Shown here piece after piece: positions 41,946-50,164 of a DNA stretch of 64,000 bases (its first letter is position 1; the number at the start of each line of letters is the position of its first letter). The stretch is from a virus (lineage: Duplodnaviria > Caudoviricetes). The notes under the pieces are model-generated. The model ran no database searches, had not been told where the DNA came from, and saw only the letters and a list, made by a program, of their open reading frames with translations. The stretch is taken from positions 48,524-112,523 of the IMG/VR virus record IMGVR_UViG_2974597873_000001, one strand, 5' to 3'. The position numbers and the translations under genes were made by a program.

Positions 41946-42215
41946 AACATCCGTAGCCGCCAACAAGGCTTGGGCAGCATCACGAATATCATTGCAGTAC
42001 AGAGGAACCTCGTCTGAATTTCGGGCGAGGTTCTTTCTTGTTTCCTGCACAGAACGGCCAATTGCCGTGTGGAGGTTATCCATGTATCTCACAACCTCAT
42101 CAGACGTTACTGTCTCCAGACGTCTTCGGGCTTTGGTGTATACAGGGTCAGCATTACCGTATTCTCGTTTCTTGAAAATCATCGCATCAGATCCGCCATA
42201 GAGACGATCTTCCAC
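41931..42215 (-). CDS. hypothetical protein
   Basis: packed ORF upstream of terL. Confidence 0.55.
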   Translation of the reverse strand: MEDRLYGGSDAMIFKKREYGNADPVYTKARRRLETVTSDEVVRYMDNLHTAIGRSVQETRKNLARNSDEVPLYCNDIRDAAQALLAATDVLKLR

Positions 42216-42535
42216 TCCTCATCAAGATCCTTGGAGTTAGCCGCAATGGTCTCCCGTGCTCTCATCTTCTCCAGCTCCGTGGCATTCTTCATCTCTCGTC
42301 CCGAGAGCGAGGCAAGGATCGCTTGCTCTTCTGTATCATGCGTTGCGTGCCAGCGCCCGAACTGGAGCCCGAACGTCGTGAACGGGACACGGAAGATGTG
42401 GGAGTTCGCCCAACGGTACGGCGAGTCGATTTCGTGAATAGGGTGCGCATGATACAACTCCGTTCCTTTTCGGAGACGAATAGTAGCCCAGAACAGTCCC
42501 GCAAAGAGATCGTGGGTTTCCTGTGTGAATGCCAT
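42179..42535 (-). CDS. hypothetical protein
   Basis: AGGA RBS. Confidence 0.6.
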   Translation of the reverse strand: MAFTQETHDLFAGLFWATIRLRKGTELYHAHPIHEIDSPYRWANSHIFRVPFTTFGLQFGRWHATHDTEEQAILASLSGREMKNATELEKMRARETIAANSKDLDEEWKIVSMADLMR

Positions 42536-42544
42536 TTAGTATTC

Positions 42545-42970
42545 CTATCTTTCGATTTCTCTTACGTACGGATAGCGGTTCAACGTCGAATTGATAAAGC
42601 GACCGGGTGATTGTGCGCGCTGGAATCTCCACCACACAGAAGGAGGCACGTTGTGATAACCATACACATCACCATCACGGAACTTCACGTGGAGGGTCAT
42701 TGTAGCAGGATCGTATCCCGCTGCCAAGGTTCTTGGTCTACCCGGGTTGATCGTCGGTGTAGGACGATACGGCATGAGGTCACCATCGTCCCCTGCACGC
42801 GCTCTAAGAAGCTCGTCGGGATCTTGGAACTGTGCCCCCACGTTAGAGCGTCTACGAAGCTCCTGGACGTTGTCCTGAGCCACTGTGACAGGAGTGGGAG
42901 CTACTGTCTGATAGGAGCTACGACCCAGAAATACTTCGTCCCATCTATTGCCTGCTTTTCTTCTTGCCAT
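42545..42970 (-). CDS. KTSC-domain protein
   Basis: GYD....L.V.F..G.VY.Y..VP..VW..F..A.S.G.F.N. Confidence 0.85.
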   Translation of the reverse strand: MARRKAGNRWDEVFLGRSSYQTVAPTPVTVAQDNVQELRRRSNVGAQFQDPDELLRARAGDDGDLMPYRPTPTINPGRPRTLAAGYDPATMTLHVKFRDGDVYGYHNVPPSVWWRFQRAQSPGRFINSTLNRYPYVREIER

Positions 42971-43026
42971 TGTTTCTCCTAAACACAGAATCCCTATTGG
43001 TATCCATCATACCAATAGGGATTCCG

Positions 43027-43230
43027 TTACTTACTTTGGACCGTCCACCCGTCGGGGTATTCCTGCCCAGGCTCACCTGTTACTGTCTCATGAGGACATT
43101 CCTCACCGGGGTAATGAACCCCCTCATGAAACCAGCAGGTGTCCACTTGCATATGAGGATTGTAACCCACGGACTTGCTTCGTCCCGTGTTGGCTATCTC
43201 CTCATACCAAGGTTCATGATTCCGTTCCAT
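43027..43230 (-). CDS. hypothetical protein
   Basis: small ORF. Confidence 0.45.
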   Translation of the reverse strand: MERNHEPWYEEIANTGRSKSVGYNPHMQVDTCWFHEGVHYPGEECPHETVTGEPGQEYPDGWTVQSK

Positions 43231-43669
43231 AAAGAACCTTTCCGATGTCTGCTCGCTGGAAATTGTCCGGCTTCAAGACCTTGCCGAACTCGTTCTTGTG
43301 AACCTTTCCATCATCCCAGACCTTACGCATGTTCGCCTTGTGAATCTCGTTGAAGACCCTGTCCAGCGGAATACCTAGCTCCTCAGCCGTCCCGTACACA
43401 ACGTACAGAAGGTCAGCAAGCTCACTGGCCACCTCCACCATAGCTTCCTCTGGCGTGTAGCTGTTCAGACCCAGGTGGGCCTTCTCCAGAGTCAGCAGAG
43501 CGTCAGTAACTTCGGCGTACTCCTCGTACACAAGCTGCGTACGTCGGTCAATCTTCTGAAGAACCGAATCGTTCTTCTGCTCCGGAGAGAAGGTCTCATG
43601 GAATTCCTTGAGATTCTTCAGCGGGTTGTAGTTGGACATGTAAAACACACCAGCGCTTGCGAAAGCCAT
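43214..43669 (-). CDS. MazG-like NTP pyrophosphohydrolase
   Basis: EFH..F, EE..E, ELADLLYV.YG, EIH.ANM.K, GKVLKP. Confidence 0.88.
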   Translation of the reverse strand: MAFASAGVFYMSNYNPLKNLKEFHETFSPEQKNDSVLQKIDRRTQLVYEEYAEVTDALLTLEKAHLGLNSYTPEEAMVEVASELADLLYVVYGTAEELGIPLDRVFNEIHKANMRKVWDDGKVHKNEFGKVLKPDNFQRADIGKVLYGTES

Positions 43670-44875
43670 TTAGTACGTAACTCCTTCGTAGTGGAACGTC
43701 TTGTTCTGAGCGATGAGAAGGTTGGTGAAGTTCATCCCGTGCAGGCGATCAATGACCACCATACCGTGCGACCAGTCCGGAGACTTACCGCTGATGTAAC
43801 CACCGTTGCTCTCAACCGCCATGTCGAAGTCCATCATGCACCCCGCGTTCACATAAGTCAAGGTGTTGCCCTTGCCTTCGTAACCCTGGAAGGCCGTACG
43901 CATACCAGCCTGGTGACAGTGACCCGCGAGAAGGCTGACACCCATGTCCTTGATCACCTGAGCACCCTGGTTAAGGTGCGTCTTGGACGTGAAGGAGAAC
44001 TGGTGTCCGTGAGCGACCACGTAACCCGGAAGGAACTGATCGATCTTACGCCAGTACTCGATGCCGAGATTCGTAAGCTCGTAGATGTTCTCCGGAAGGA
44101 GACCACGAAGAGTGTGGTATCCCAGTGCCGCCTGTGCCGACTTCTGCTGAAAGCGGTTCATGTGGTTGGAGTGCGCCATGATGATACGCGTATTCGGAAG
44201 AGCCTGACGAAGAGCGGTCAGATATCCAACCGTCTGATCGATCTGATCCTGAAGGTTGGACTGAACCTCGTCAAGAGTTCCAGCAGCGTGACGACCGATA
44301 GAAGTGTTGTCACACTCATCACCAGTCAGCACCAGCTTATCAGGCTGAAGGTCACCGGCAAACTGAATTGCCTTGTCCAGAACCTCAGCATCATGGCGGT
44401 CAATCTGCCAGTCACCAAAGGCCAGAACAGTCTCAGAAGCCTTGTTACGCGTGCTCATCTTCTTCATGTTGTCCGGAGTAAGGAAACGACGCTCGTACTT
44501 AACAGGAGTGACAGGATCTGGAATGTTCCTCCAAGCCTGTCCACCAAGGTCGACGTCGGGGCGGAACTGAAGTTCTCCCGTAAGGTACTTGTTTCCGTGA
44601 CCAAGAACGGTCTTGGCCTCCGCGTACTCACGATTGTACTTCTCCGCCTCAGTCTCTTCGCGGTTACTCTCGGCAAGAGCCACATAGCCAGCCTCAGTGG
44701 CCTCCTGAAGCGTTCTCCAGGTGCGAATAAGCTTCTCGCTCACGGGAGTACCCTGAGTCGCTGTGAGGAGATCTGACGCCCTCTTACGGCCGATAGAGCG
44801 GTCATTCAGGATGTCGAACACATCCTGGTTAACCTGAGATACAACGCGAAGCTTCTCAATGCTGTCAATCTTCAT
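43670..44875 (-). CDS. calcineurin-like metallophosphoesterase
   Basis: GDWQ, GD..D, SNH, HGH, GH.H motifs. Confidence 0.85.
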   Translation of the reverse strand: MKIDSIEKLRVVSQVNQDVFDILNDRSIGRKRASDLLTATQGTPVSEKLIRTWRTLQEATEAGYVALAESNREETEAEKYNREYAEAKTVLGHGNKYLTGELQFRPDVDLGGQAWRNIPDPVTPVKYERRFLTPDNMKKMSTRNKASETVLAFGDWQIDRHDAEVLDKAIQFAGDLQPDKLVLTGDECDNTSIGRHAAGTLDEVQSNLQDQIDQTVGYLTALRQALPNTRIIMAHSNHMNRFQQKSAQAALGYHTLRGLLPENIYELTNLGIEYWRKIDQFLPGYVVAHGHQFSFTSKTHLNQGAQVIKDMGVSLLAGHCHQAGMRTAFQGYEGKGNTLTYVNAGCMMDFDMAVESNGGYISGKSPDWSHGMVVIDRLHGMNFTNLLIAQNKTFHYEGVTY

Positions 44876-44890
44876 GCCTACCCTTTCTGT

Positions 44891-44932
44891 AAACGAAAAC
44901 TCCGTAGTACAGGCATATCCTACACTACGGAG
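44891..44932 (-). terminator. intrinsic terminator
   Basis: CTCCGTAGT/ACTACGGAG hairpin followed by UUUUCGUUU. Confidence 0.7.
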
Positions 44933-44949
44933 CTGACGATGTCTACTGA

Positions 44950-45402
44950 CTACGTTTTAAGCGTCACGATGATCTGAGCGATCACCAGGACGATGGGAAT
45001 CATAACCGCAGCAATCAGCCAGCGATGCTTGTCCCTACGCTTGTTCTCTTCTTCTTCACGAGTATTCTTCTCTGTATCGAGAAGCAATACGACCTTATCC
45101 ACATCCGAATCATGATCCTTACGAAGGGAATCGATTCTGTCAATGAGTTCCTTCTTAAGGATCTCGATGTCTTTCTCGACCCCACTCAATCTTTCCAGAA
45201 GGGCGCGATGCTGCTGGTCTGCTGCTCTCTTATCAGCTCCATACTCGGTAGCGCTTACCACGCGGTCAATCCTTGTGGCTAGCTCTGCATAGCGTGCTTC
45301 ATTCGTTCTCTGGAGATTATCAATCTCCCTCTGAATTGCCCACGCCCAGGTCCCTGAAGGAGGACCCGTGTTATCCATTGGTAGTGTCATTTCGCGACTC
45401 AA
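44950..45402 (-). CDS. coiled-coil protein with C-terminal TM
   Basis: heptad pattern and hydrophobic tail. Confidence 0.65.
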   Translation of the reverse strand: MSREMTLPMDNTGPPSGTWAWAIQREIDNLQRTNEARYAELATRIDRVVSATEYGADKRAADQQHRALLERLSGVEKDIEILKKELIDRIDSLRKDHDSDVDKVVLLLDTEKNTREEEENKRRDKHRWLIAAVMIPIVLVIAQIIVTLKT

Positions 45403-45574
45403 TTCGGGCTAGGTTTACAGAATTCACAAATAGCCCAGATCCCAATTACGGGGTCTTCTTCAAATTGATATCACGAGTTCTACACGGTGAGTCTAGCGCT
45501 ATTCATGTAAACAGAATAACACTTTTACCAAGTATTTCTACCTAGTAATTGACTCACCGTGTAGGTAGTAACTC

Positions 45575-46654
45575 CTACTCGTCGCCTCGCGGCTTGAGCA
45601 TCTTCCAAATGGCCTCTTCCATGTCCCGACCGTTACGGTACCCGAACACAAGGTGAGGATACATGGACCACTTAGGATCCTTAGCGAATTCCGCAAAGTC
45701 CTTCTGGGACCAGTTATCCCGACCAAACTTCGTGTCCAGTGCGGTCACGATCCGCCAGTATTCCTTTTCGGAGGCGTCGCAGATGTTCCAGTGCTTCTCC
45801 AGCAGCACATCATACTGCTCACGAAGCCAGTCGTGCCACTCGTCCGGAACGATCTCCAGCATATCCTCAAGGGTCTTGCCCTCGGACAGGTTCTCCCACA
45901 CACGGCGCGGCGTAAGACCCGTTACGATCTTGTGGAGAAGAACGTAATCCTCCTGCTTGATCTTGACCATGACCTTACGGTCAGGAATGTGGACCACAAA
46001 GCCCTCCGCGTTACGGCGAGGAGAGGCTTCCAGGGCCTCCTGGAGCGTCTGGTAGCGGAAGGTGGTAGCCTTACGCCCCTTCCAGTCAAAGACGTCCTCA
46101 GGAAGCGCCACAAAGCCTTCGTCAATCAGACGAACACCCAGCAGAACCAGACCCGAGTAACCCTCGTAATCCAGGACGATACGGTTCGACGGATAGATGA
46201 TCTCGAACATCCACGTCTCCTCATCCTCGCGGAAGTGAGTCGTCATGTACTTACGGATCTCCTTCGTCGCCCACTCCGCCTGTTCCGAGTGGAACGAGCC
46301 CTTCGTAGCGATAGCCAGGAAGCCGTCAGGACGACGGTACAGAATACCCAGCGAACCGTCCATCTTGTCCGTCACCCGGACGTAGTCCGTCGGGTCAAGC
46401 TGAACAGTCTGAGAAGGCTCACCGTAGTTGAAGAACTTGTCGAACGGACGAGCAAGGATTTCCTTGGTCTCCCAGTTGACGATAAGACCACGGGTCTTCT
46501 TCGTGACATTGTTCCACACGCGCTCGTACACGCACTTCTCCGTGTACTCAAAGATACGAAGCTCCGGGAACTCGTTGTGCGTCTTGTAGCGTACGTAACC
46601 TTCCTCCAGCATGATCTGGAGCGCCCACGGGTCCATCAGCTCATGAATCTTCAC
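45575..46654 (-). CDS. rnlA: RNA ligase 1 (T4 RnlA-like)
   Basis: RGL, RPFDKFFN.GE, motif I KMDGSL, FEI, EGFV, KIK. Confidence 0.92.
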   Translation of the reverse strand: MKIHELMDPWALQIMLEEGYVRYKTHNEFPELRIFEYTEKCVYERVWNNVTKKTRGLIVNWETKEILARPFDKFFNYGEPSQTVQLDPTDYVRVTDKMDGSLGILYRRPDGFLAIATKGSFHSEQAEWATKEIRKYMTTHFREDEETWMFEIIYPSNRIVLDYEGYSGLVLLGVRLIDEGFVALPEDVFDWKGRKATTFRYQTLQEALEASPRRNAEGFVVHIPDRKVMVKIKQEDYVLLHKIVTGLTPRRVWENLSEGKTLEDMLEIVPDEWHDWLREQYDVLLEKHWNICDASEKEYWRIVTALDTKFGRDNWSQKDFAEFAKDPKWSMYPHLVFGYRNGRDMEEAIWKMLKPRGDE

Positions 46655-46844
46655 GGTTAGCTTCCTCCTTCAGCTCGTTGACCTTGTTTCGACTACAGTA
46701 GCACCCGCAGTATCCAGTGGGCAAGGGCTCCTTGTTCTTCTCTGCCCACCACACGTCTTCTGCGTCCCACCAAGGATGGGGGTTCTCGTCGTGCATGTCA
46801 AACTTACAGCCCCAACAGGTTGTAGGGCAAGTGATTGCGGCCAT
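46641..46844 (-). CDS. small Cys-rich protein
   Basis: AAAGGGAGG RBS, first gene after promoter; start trimmed to MAAIT. Confidence 0.6.
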   Translation of the reverse strand: MAAITCPTTCWGCKFDMHDENPHPWWDAEDVWWAEKNKEPLPTGYCGCYCSRNKVNELKEEANREDS

Positions 46845-46866
46845 GTCTGCCTCCCTTTCTGGGGAG

Positions 46867-46895
46867 AGCCTATAACGAAGAACGCCCTCTGTCAA
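46867..46895 (-). promoter_or_regulatory. promoter TTGACA-N17-TAGGCT (RNA ligase operon)
   Basis: matches actinobacterial principal-sigma consensus. Confidence 0.8.
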
Positions 46896-46953
46896 GTTCT
46901 TCAAACTGAAGAGACAGAGGGCGCTTCGATAGCATATCCCGTAGGACGTGCAG

Positions 46954-47035
46954 TGCGTGCGGAGGGACTTGAACCCCCAGAGCCGAAGCAACGGCTTTAC
47001 AGGCCGCACCGCTACCAATTACGGGTTACACACGC
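46954..47035 (-). tRNA. tRNA-Tyr(GTA)
   Basis: cloverleaf, loop CTGTAAA, long variable arm. Confidence 0.9.
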
Positions 47036-47041
47036 ATGTAT

Positions 47042-47164
47042 TCAATTGTCCTTAGGGAAGGGACGCTGGCATTCCTTACAGAATTTTGCCATCGGACGAT
47101 TACCAGTTCCACAGTACACACAGAACTTCTTGCTGAAATCCGGCTTTAACTTGAAACGCTTCAT
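47042..47164 (-). CDS. small zinc-ribbon protein
   Basis: AAGGAG RBS; FCVYCG..N...AKFCKECQ. Confidence 0.55.
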   Translation of the reverse strand: MKRFKLKPDFSKKFCVYCGTGNRPMAKFCKECQRPFPKDN

Positions 47165-47188
47165 AACCGTTCTCCTTCTTTTAGGGAG

Positions 47189-47261
47189 AGGGAAGGCCGG
47201 GATTCGAACCCGAAACCACCGCGACCACAACGCGGCGCTCTACCAATTGAGCTACCGACCC
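47189..47261 (-). tRNA. tRNA-His(GTG), atypical acceptor stem
   Basis: loop TTGTGGT; two acceptor mismatches, no G-1/C73. Confidence 0.75.
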
Positions 47262-47268
47262 ATTTAGA

Positions 47269-47583
47269 TCATACCAGAAGTTCTCGCTCTAGCAAGACCT
47301 TAGGCTTTGCCCCCACAATGGTCTTAGTGGGAACACCATTCTCAAAACGAATGAGAGTGGGTACTGACATGACACCATATTCTAGAGCAGACTCAGGGTT
47401 GGTGTCAAGGTCAATCTTGAGGATAGTTACATCCTTGTTCTCCTCTGCAAGAGACTCTAGCACAGGAGCGAGCTGACGACAAGGGCCACACCACGTTGCC
47501 CAGAAATCGACAATGACAGGCTTGGTACTATCAAGAACTTTAGCCTTGAAAGTCTTATCTGTTACTGTCTTCAGTGCTGCCAT
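47269..47583 (-). CDS. trxA: thioredoxin
   Basis: DFWATWCGPC, SVPTL. Confidence 0.95.
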   Translation of the reverse strand: MAALKTVTDKTFKAKVLDSTKPVIVDFWATWCGPCRQLAPVLESLAEENKDVTILKIDLDTNPESALEYGVMSVPTLIRFENGVPTKTIVGAKPKVLLERELLV

Positions 47584-47616
47584 CAGATCTCCTATAGATT
47601 AGTCATTCACAGAAAG

Positions 47617-47699
47617 TCGACGCGGTAGGATTTGAACCTACGTACGTTTCCGCACCGGTTTATCAGACCGGCTCCTTAACCAGACTTGGATACGCGCCG
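47617..47699 (-). tRNA. tRNA-Ile(GAT) with long variable arm
   Basis: CCGGT-CTGATAA-ACCGG; V-arm TGCG-GAAA-CGTA. Confidence 0.85.
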
Positions 47700-47754
47700 A
47701 GGGCGGTGTTTATTCGGTCTTTCACCGATAGGCGAACCGCAGAACCTAATTGCG

Positions 47755-47839
47755 CGGAAGCAAAGGGACTCGAACCCCCAAGGGCTTTCACACCCCAGTC
47801 GTTTTCAAGACGATTTCCTCATCCAGCCGGATTACTTCC
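47755..47839 (-). tRNA. tRNA-Ser(TGA)
   Basis: loop CTTGAAA, long V-arm, G73. Confidence 0.9.
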
Positions 47840-47910
47840 ATAAGCTCATTTATCTATCCCTACAGGAGAGCCATCCCTGTCAAATATGCCCGTGCACAGG
47901 CAAGGATACG

Positions 47911-47995
47911 CGGAAGGTACGGGAATCGAACCCGTTAGACCTTGAGAGTCGTACTTGATTTCCAATCAAGCTGCTAGCCAAATTGCTTACCTTCC
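47911..47995 (-). tRNA. tRNA-Ser(GGA)
   Basis: loop TTGGAAA, long V-arm, G73. Confidence 0.85.
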
Positions 47996-48000
47996 AATAA

Positions 48001-48082
48001 GTGATGAGGCGGCAATCGAATCCGCTATTCTCCGAAGATCACACGTCCTTACGTGCCCAGGTCCCTTCCTGGCTCACATCAC
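48001..48082 (-). ncRNA. tRNA-like cloverleaf RNA with 4-nt loop instead of an anticodon
   Basis: stems GTGATG/CATCAC, CCAGG/CCTGG, CACGT-AAGG-ACGTG, cUUCGg arm, GCGG-ATTCGATTG-CCGC. Confidence 0.65.
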
Positions 48083-48172
48083 TGGCGGAGATGACAGGAT
48101 TTGAACCTGCGGGGCTTTTACACCCACTCGATTAGCAGTCGAGCGCCTTAAACCGGACTCAGCCACATCTCC
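48083..48172 (-). tRNA. tRNA-Ser(GCT)
   Basis: loop CTGCTAA; CCA encoded. Confidence 0.95.
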
Positions 48173-48178
48173 ATACTA

Positions 48179-48412
48179 CTACAGCTCTGCTAGAACCTGC
48201 CTAGCCGCTGCTGTAACCACAGCCTGAGCATCATCGTCCATACCGACGAAGAACTGAGACTTGTAAACATTCTTTCCGCCCCGCGTAACGTTCAAAGTGT
48301 ACATGAAGCCACGAGGACCCCGCATGATGCCACCGTGCTGAACTCTATTCAAAGTCCATTCACATCCATCAGGCGCCTTACCCAGAAACGGCATTACTGT
48401 CTTTCTCGGCAT
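48179..48412 (-). CDS. hypothetical protein
   Basis: GAAGGGGA RBS. Confidence 0.55.
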   Translation of the reverse strand: MPRKTVMPFLGKAPDGCEWTLNRVQHGGIMRGPRGFMYTLNVTRGGKNVYKSQFFVGMDDDAQAVVTAAARQVLAEL

Positions 48413-48432
48413 TATTTCCCCTTCTTTTGGAA

Positions 48433-48506
48433 GAGCGATACTACGGAATCGAACCGTATGCCATTCGCTTTGCAGGCGAACTCCAAATGCCTCATGGATC
48501 TCGGCT
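48433..48506 (-). tRNA. tRNA-Cys(GCA), irregular acceptor stem
   Basis: TTCGC-CTGCAAA-GCGAA; good T arm; acceptor pairs only with bulge/mismatch. Confidence 0.6.
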
Positions 48507-48518
48507 AGTACCGCATAG

Positions 48519-48615
48519 AGGGCTTGAGGATTTGCACCTCAGAGTAATAACGCTACCAACGACGAACGCGTGTGGGTATGGAGAATATCCCAACTCCTCT
48601 TACACTACGAAGCCC
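48519..48615 (-). ncRNA. expanded tRNA-like RNA
   Basis: GGGCT/AGCCC, D stem GTGT/ACAC with inserted hairpin, 10-nt anticodon-position loop, TGAGG-TGCAAAT-CCTCA. Confidence 0.55.
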
Positions 48616-48619
48616 AAAG

Positions 48620-48697
48620 TGGATTTGGTGGGAATCGAACCCACGTCCAAGAGCGTTCCGCGTGCGGCTTTCACCCCTGTCAAAACCTGACAAACCC
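48620..48697 (-). ncRNA. minimal tmRNA (tRNA-like domain only, no tag reading frame)
   Basis: GGGTTTG/CAAATCC-A with G3.U70; unpaired D region TCAGGTTTTGAC; P2 AGGGGTG/CGCTCTT; GGAC-GTGGG-TTCGATT-CCCAC. Confidence 0.8.
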
Positions 48698-48705
48698 TTT
48701 AGGAA

Positions 48706-48770
48706 ATACAGAGGCGTGCACCATCTACACTAACCCGGGAACACGGAGTCGAACCGCTCTTCCTCTGTAT
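48706..48770 (-). ncRNA. circularly permuted tRNA-elbow mimic
   Basis: 9-bp terminal stem ATACAGAGG/CCTCTGTAT enclosing T arm (GCGG-TTCGACT-CCGT) followed by D arm (TA-GTGT-AGATGGT-GCAC). Confidence 0.7.
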
Positions 48771-48774
48771 GACG

Positions 48775-48846
48775 TACCGGCAGAGGGATTCGAACCCCCG
48801 ACCCTCACTTTGTAAGAGTGACGCTCTCCCACTGAGCTATACCGGC
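48775..48846 (-). tRNA. tRNA-Val(TAC)
   Basis: loop CTTACAA. Confidence 0.95.
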
Positions 48847-49250
48847 TAGACGCCCCTTTCGGGGCGGTGGAACTATGGTAGCAGACGATCGCACTTAGTG
48901 CAAAGCTTGTACTTCTTGTGCGTGCCATCGTAGATGTGCTCACGAGTAGTAGGCACGTGCTTACCACCCTTTGTACACTTTACAGCATCGTCAGCACGAG
49001 TAGGCATACCGGGGGCGTTAGTGTCTTGAGCCTGCGCCATTAGCGAACCTCTTCCTCGTAGAAGACCTTCTCGTCACCCTCGGACTTACCGTCCTCAAGC
49101 ACCGCGTAACGGTTCTGGTAGCCGCCGCGACCCTCGTCACGGAACTTCACCTCACCATCGGTGCCATTGACGGTACGAACACGATCACCCTGACCGAACT
49201 TGAATCCCACGTTGTTCCCCTTCTAGTGTTTGGATACTAGATTACTTGCG

Positions 49251-49323
49251 TACCCCCGGCAGGATTCGAACCTGCGACCGTCAGCTTAGAAGGCTGCTGC
49301 TCTTTCCACTGAGCTACGGAGGC
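49251..49323 (-). tRNA. tRNA-Arg(TCT)
   Basis: loop CTTCTAA. Confidence 0.95.
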
Positions 49324-49345
49324 ATAGCCCCGAAGGGCCTTGTGC

Positions 49346-49897
49346 TTACCAGTCCCACCAACCACGACTAGCATACTTGGAATCGTTGTGAACGTCAACC
49401 TCTTCCCAGTCTTCGTACCAGAGATCCTGGTCCTCAAGGAGAGGATAATCGATCCAACGACCGTTGTCACGAATCGCGTTGTGAAGCTGGTTACGAACCT
49501 TACTACGCTCGGCTCCATGAGTCAAACGCTTGAAGAACTTGCCACTGACGTAGTCACCATCCTGGTCAAGCCAGTAGTTACAATGCTTGGCGGTACGCTG
49601 GTGCTCGTTGTGTTCCGCATCAGTACGATTACGGGGACGAGTACGCCATACGGACGGAGGCTGTTCCATGCGATCAAGAGTGCAAGGAACCTCTTCCGGC
49701 CAGATGCGATAGATGGGCCGCATGTAGATAAGCTCATCTTCCCAGTGCCATCCGTCCTTGGCAAGAGCACGACGGTAAATCGGCTCCTCACCAGTCTTCT
49801 CACGACAGTACACCGTGTGCGTATGACTAGCATGACGCGGAGACTTGGGATCATTGGCACGAACCCAGTACGGACGATCCTTCTTAGTACGAGACAA
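49346..49897 (-). CDS. hypothetical protein
   Basis: GAGGAGG RBS, TTG start, MSRT.KDRP motif. Confidence 0.7.
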   Translation of the reverse strand: MSRTKKDRPYWVRANDPKSPRHASHTHTVYCREKTGEEPIYRRALAKDGWHWEDELIYMRPIYRIWPEEVPCTLDRMEQPPSVWRTRPRNRTDAEHNEHQRTAKHCNYWLDQDGDYVSGKFFKRLTHGAERSKVRNQLHNAIRDNGRWIDYPLLEDQDLWYEDWEEVDVHNDSKYASRGWWDW

Positions 49898-50007
49898 AGT
49901 TCCTCCTCATAGTGCTTGAAGGGTGCCGGAATGCTATCCCTATCCGGCAGTAGGGCGTTGTCCACAGTTTTTATGGGGGACACAAGTCAACGATTAGGAA
50001 ACCCCCG

Positions 50008-50079
50008 TACGCCCGGAGGGATTCGAACCCCCTCTAACAGTTCCGTAGACTGTTGTGCTGTCCATTACACCACGAGCGC
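50008..50079 (-). tRNA. tRNA-Arg(ACG)
   Basis: loop CTACGGA. Confidence 0.93.
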
Positions 50080-50164
50080 AAGCGGACCCTCGCCTAATAC
50101 CCGAAGGCATACCAGCTAGCCGGTCCTTCCCTAGAATTGACGAAGCTAGGGCTCCACGTTGAGA

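Noticed and set aside
48620-48697. Two-piece permuted tmRNA or plain tRNA-Ala
   Set aside because: Both acceptor strands are on one contiguous non-permuted RNA. There is no D stem or anticodon loop, and no tag ORF is visible nearby.
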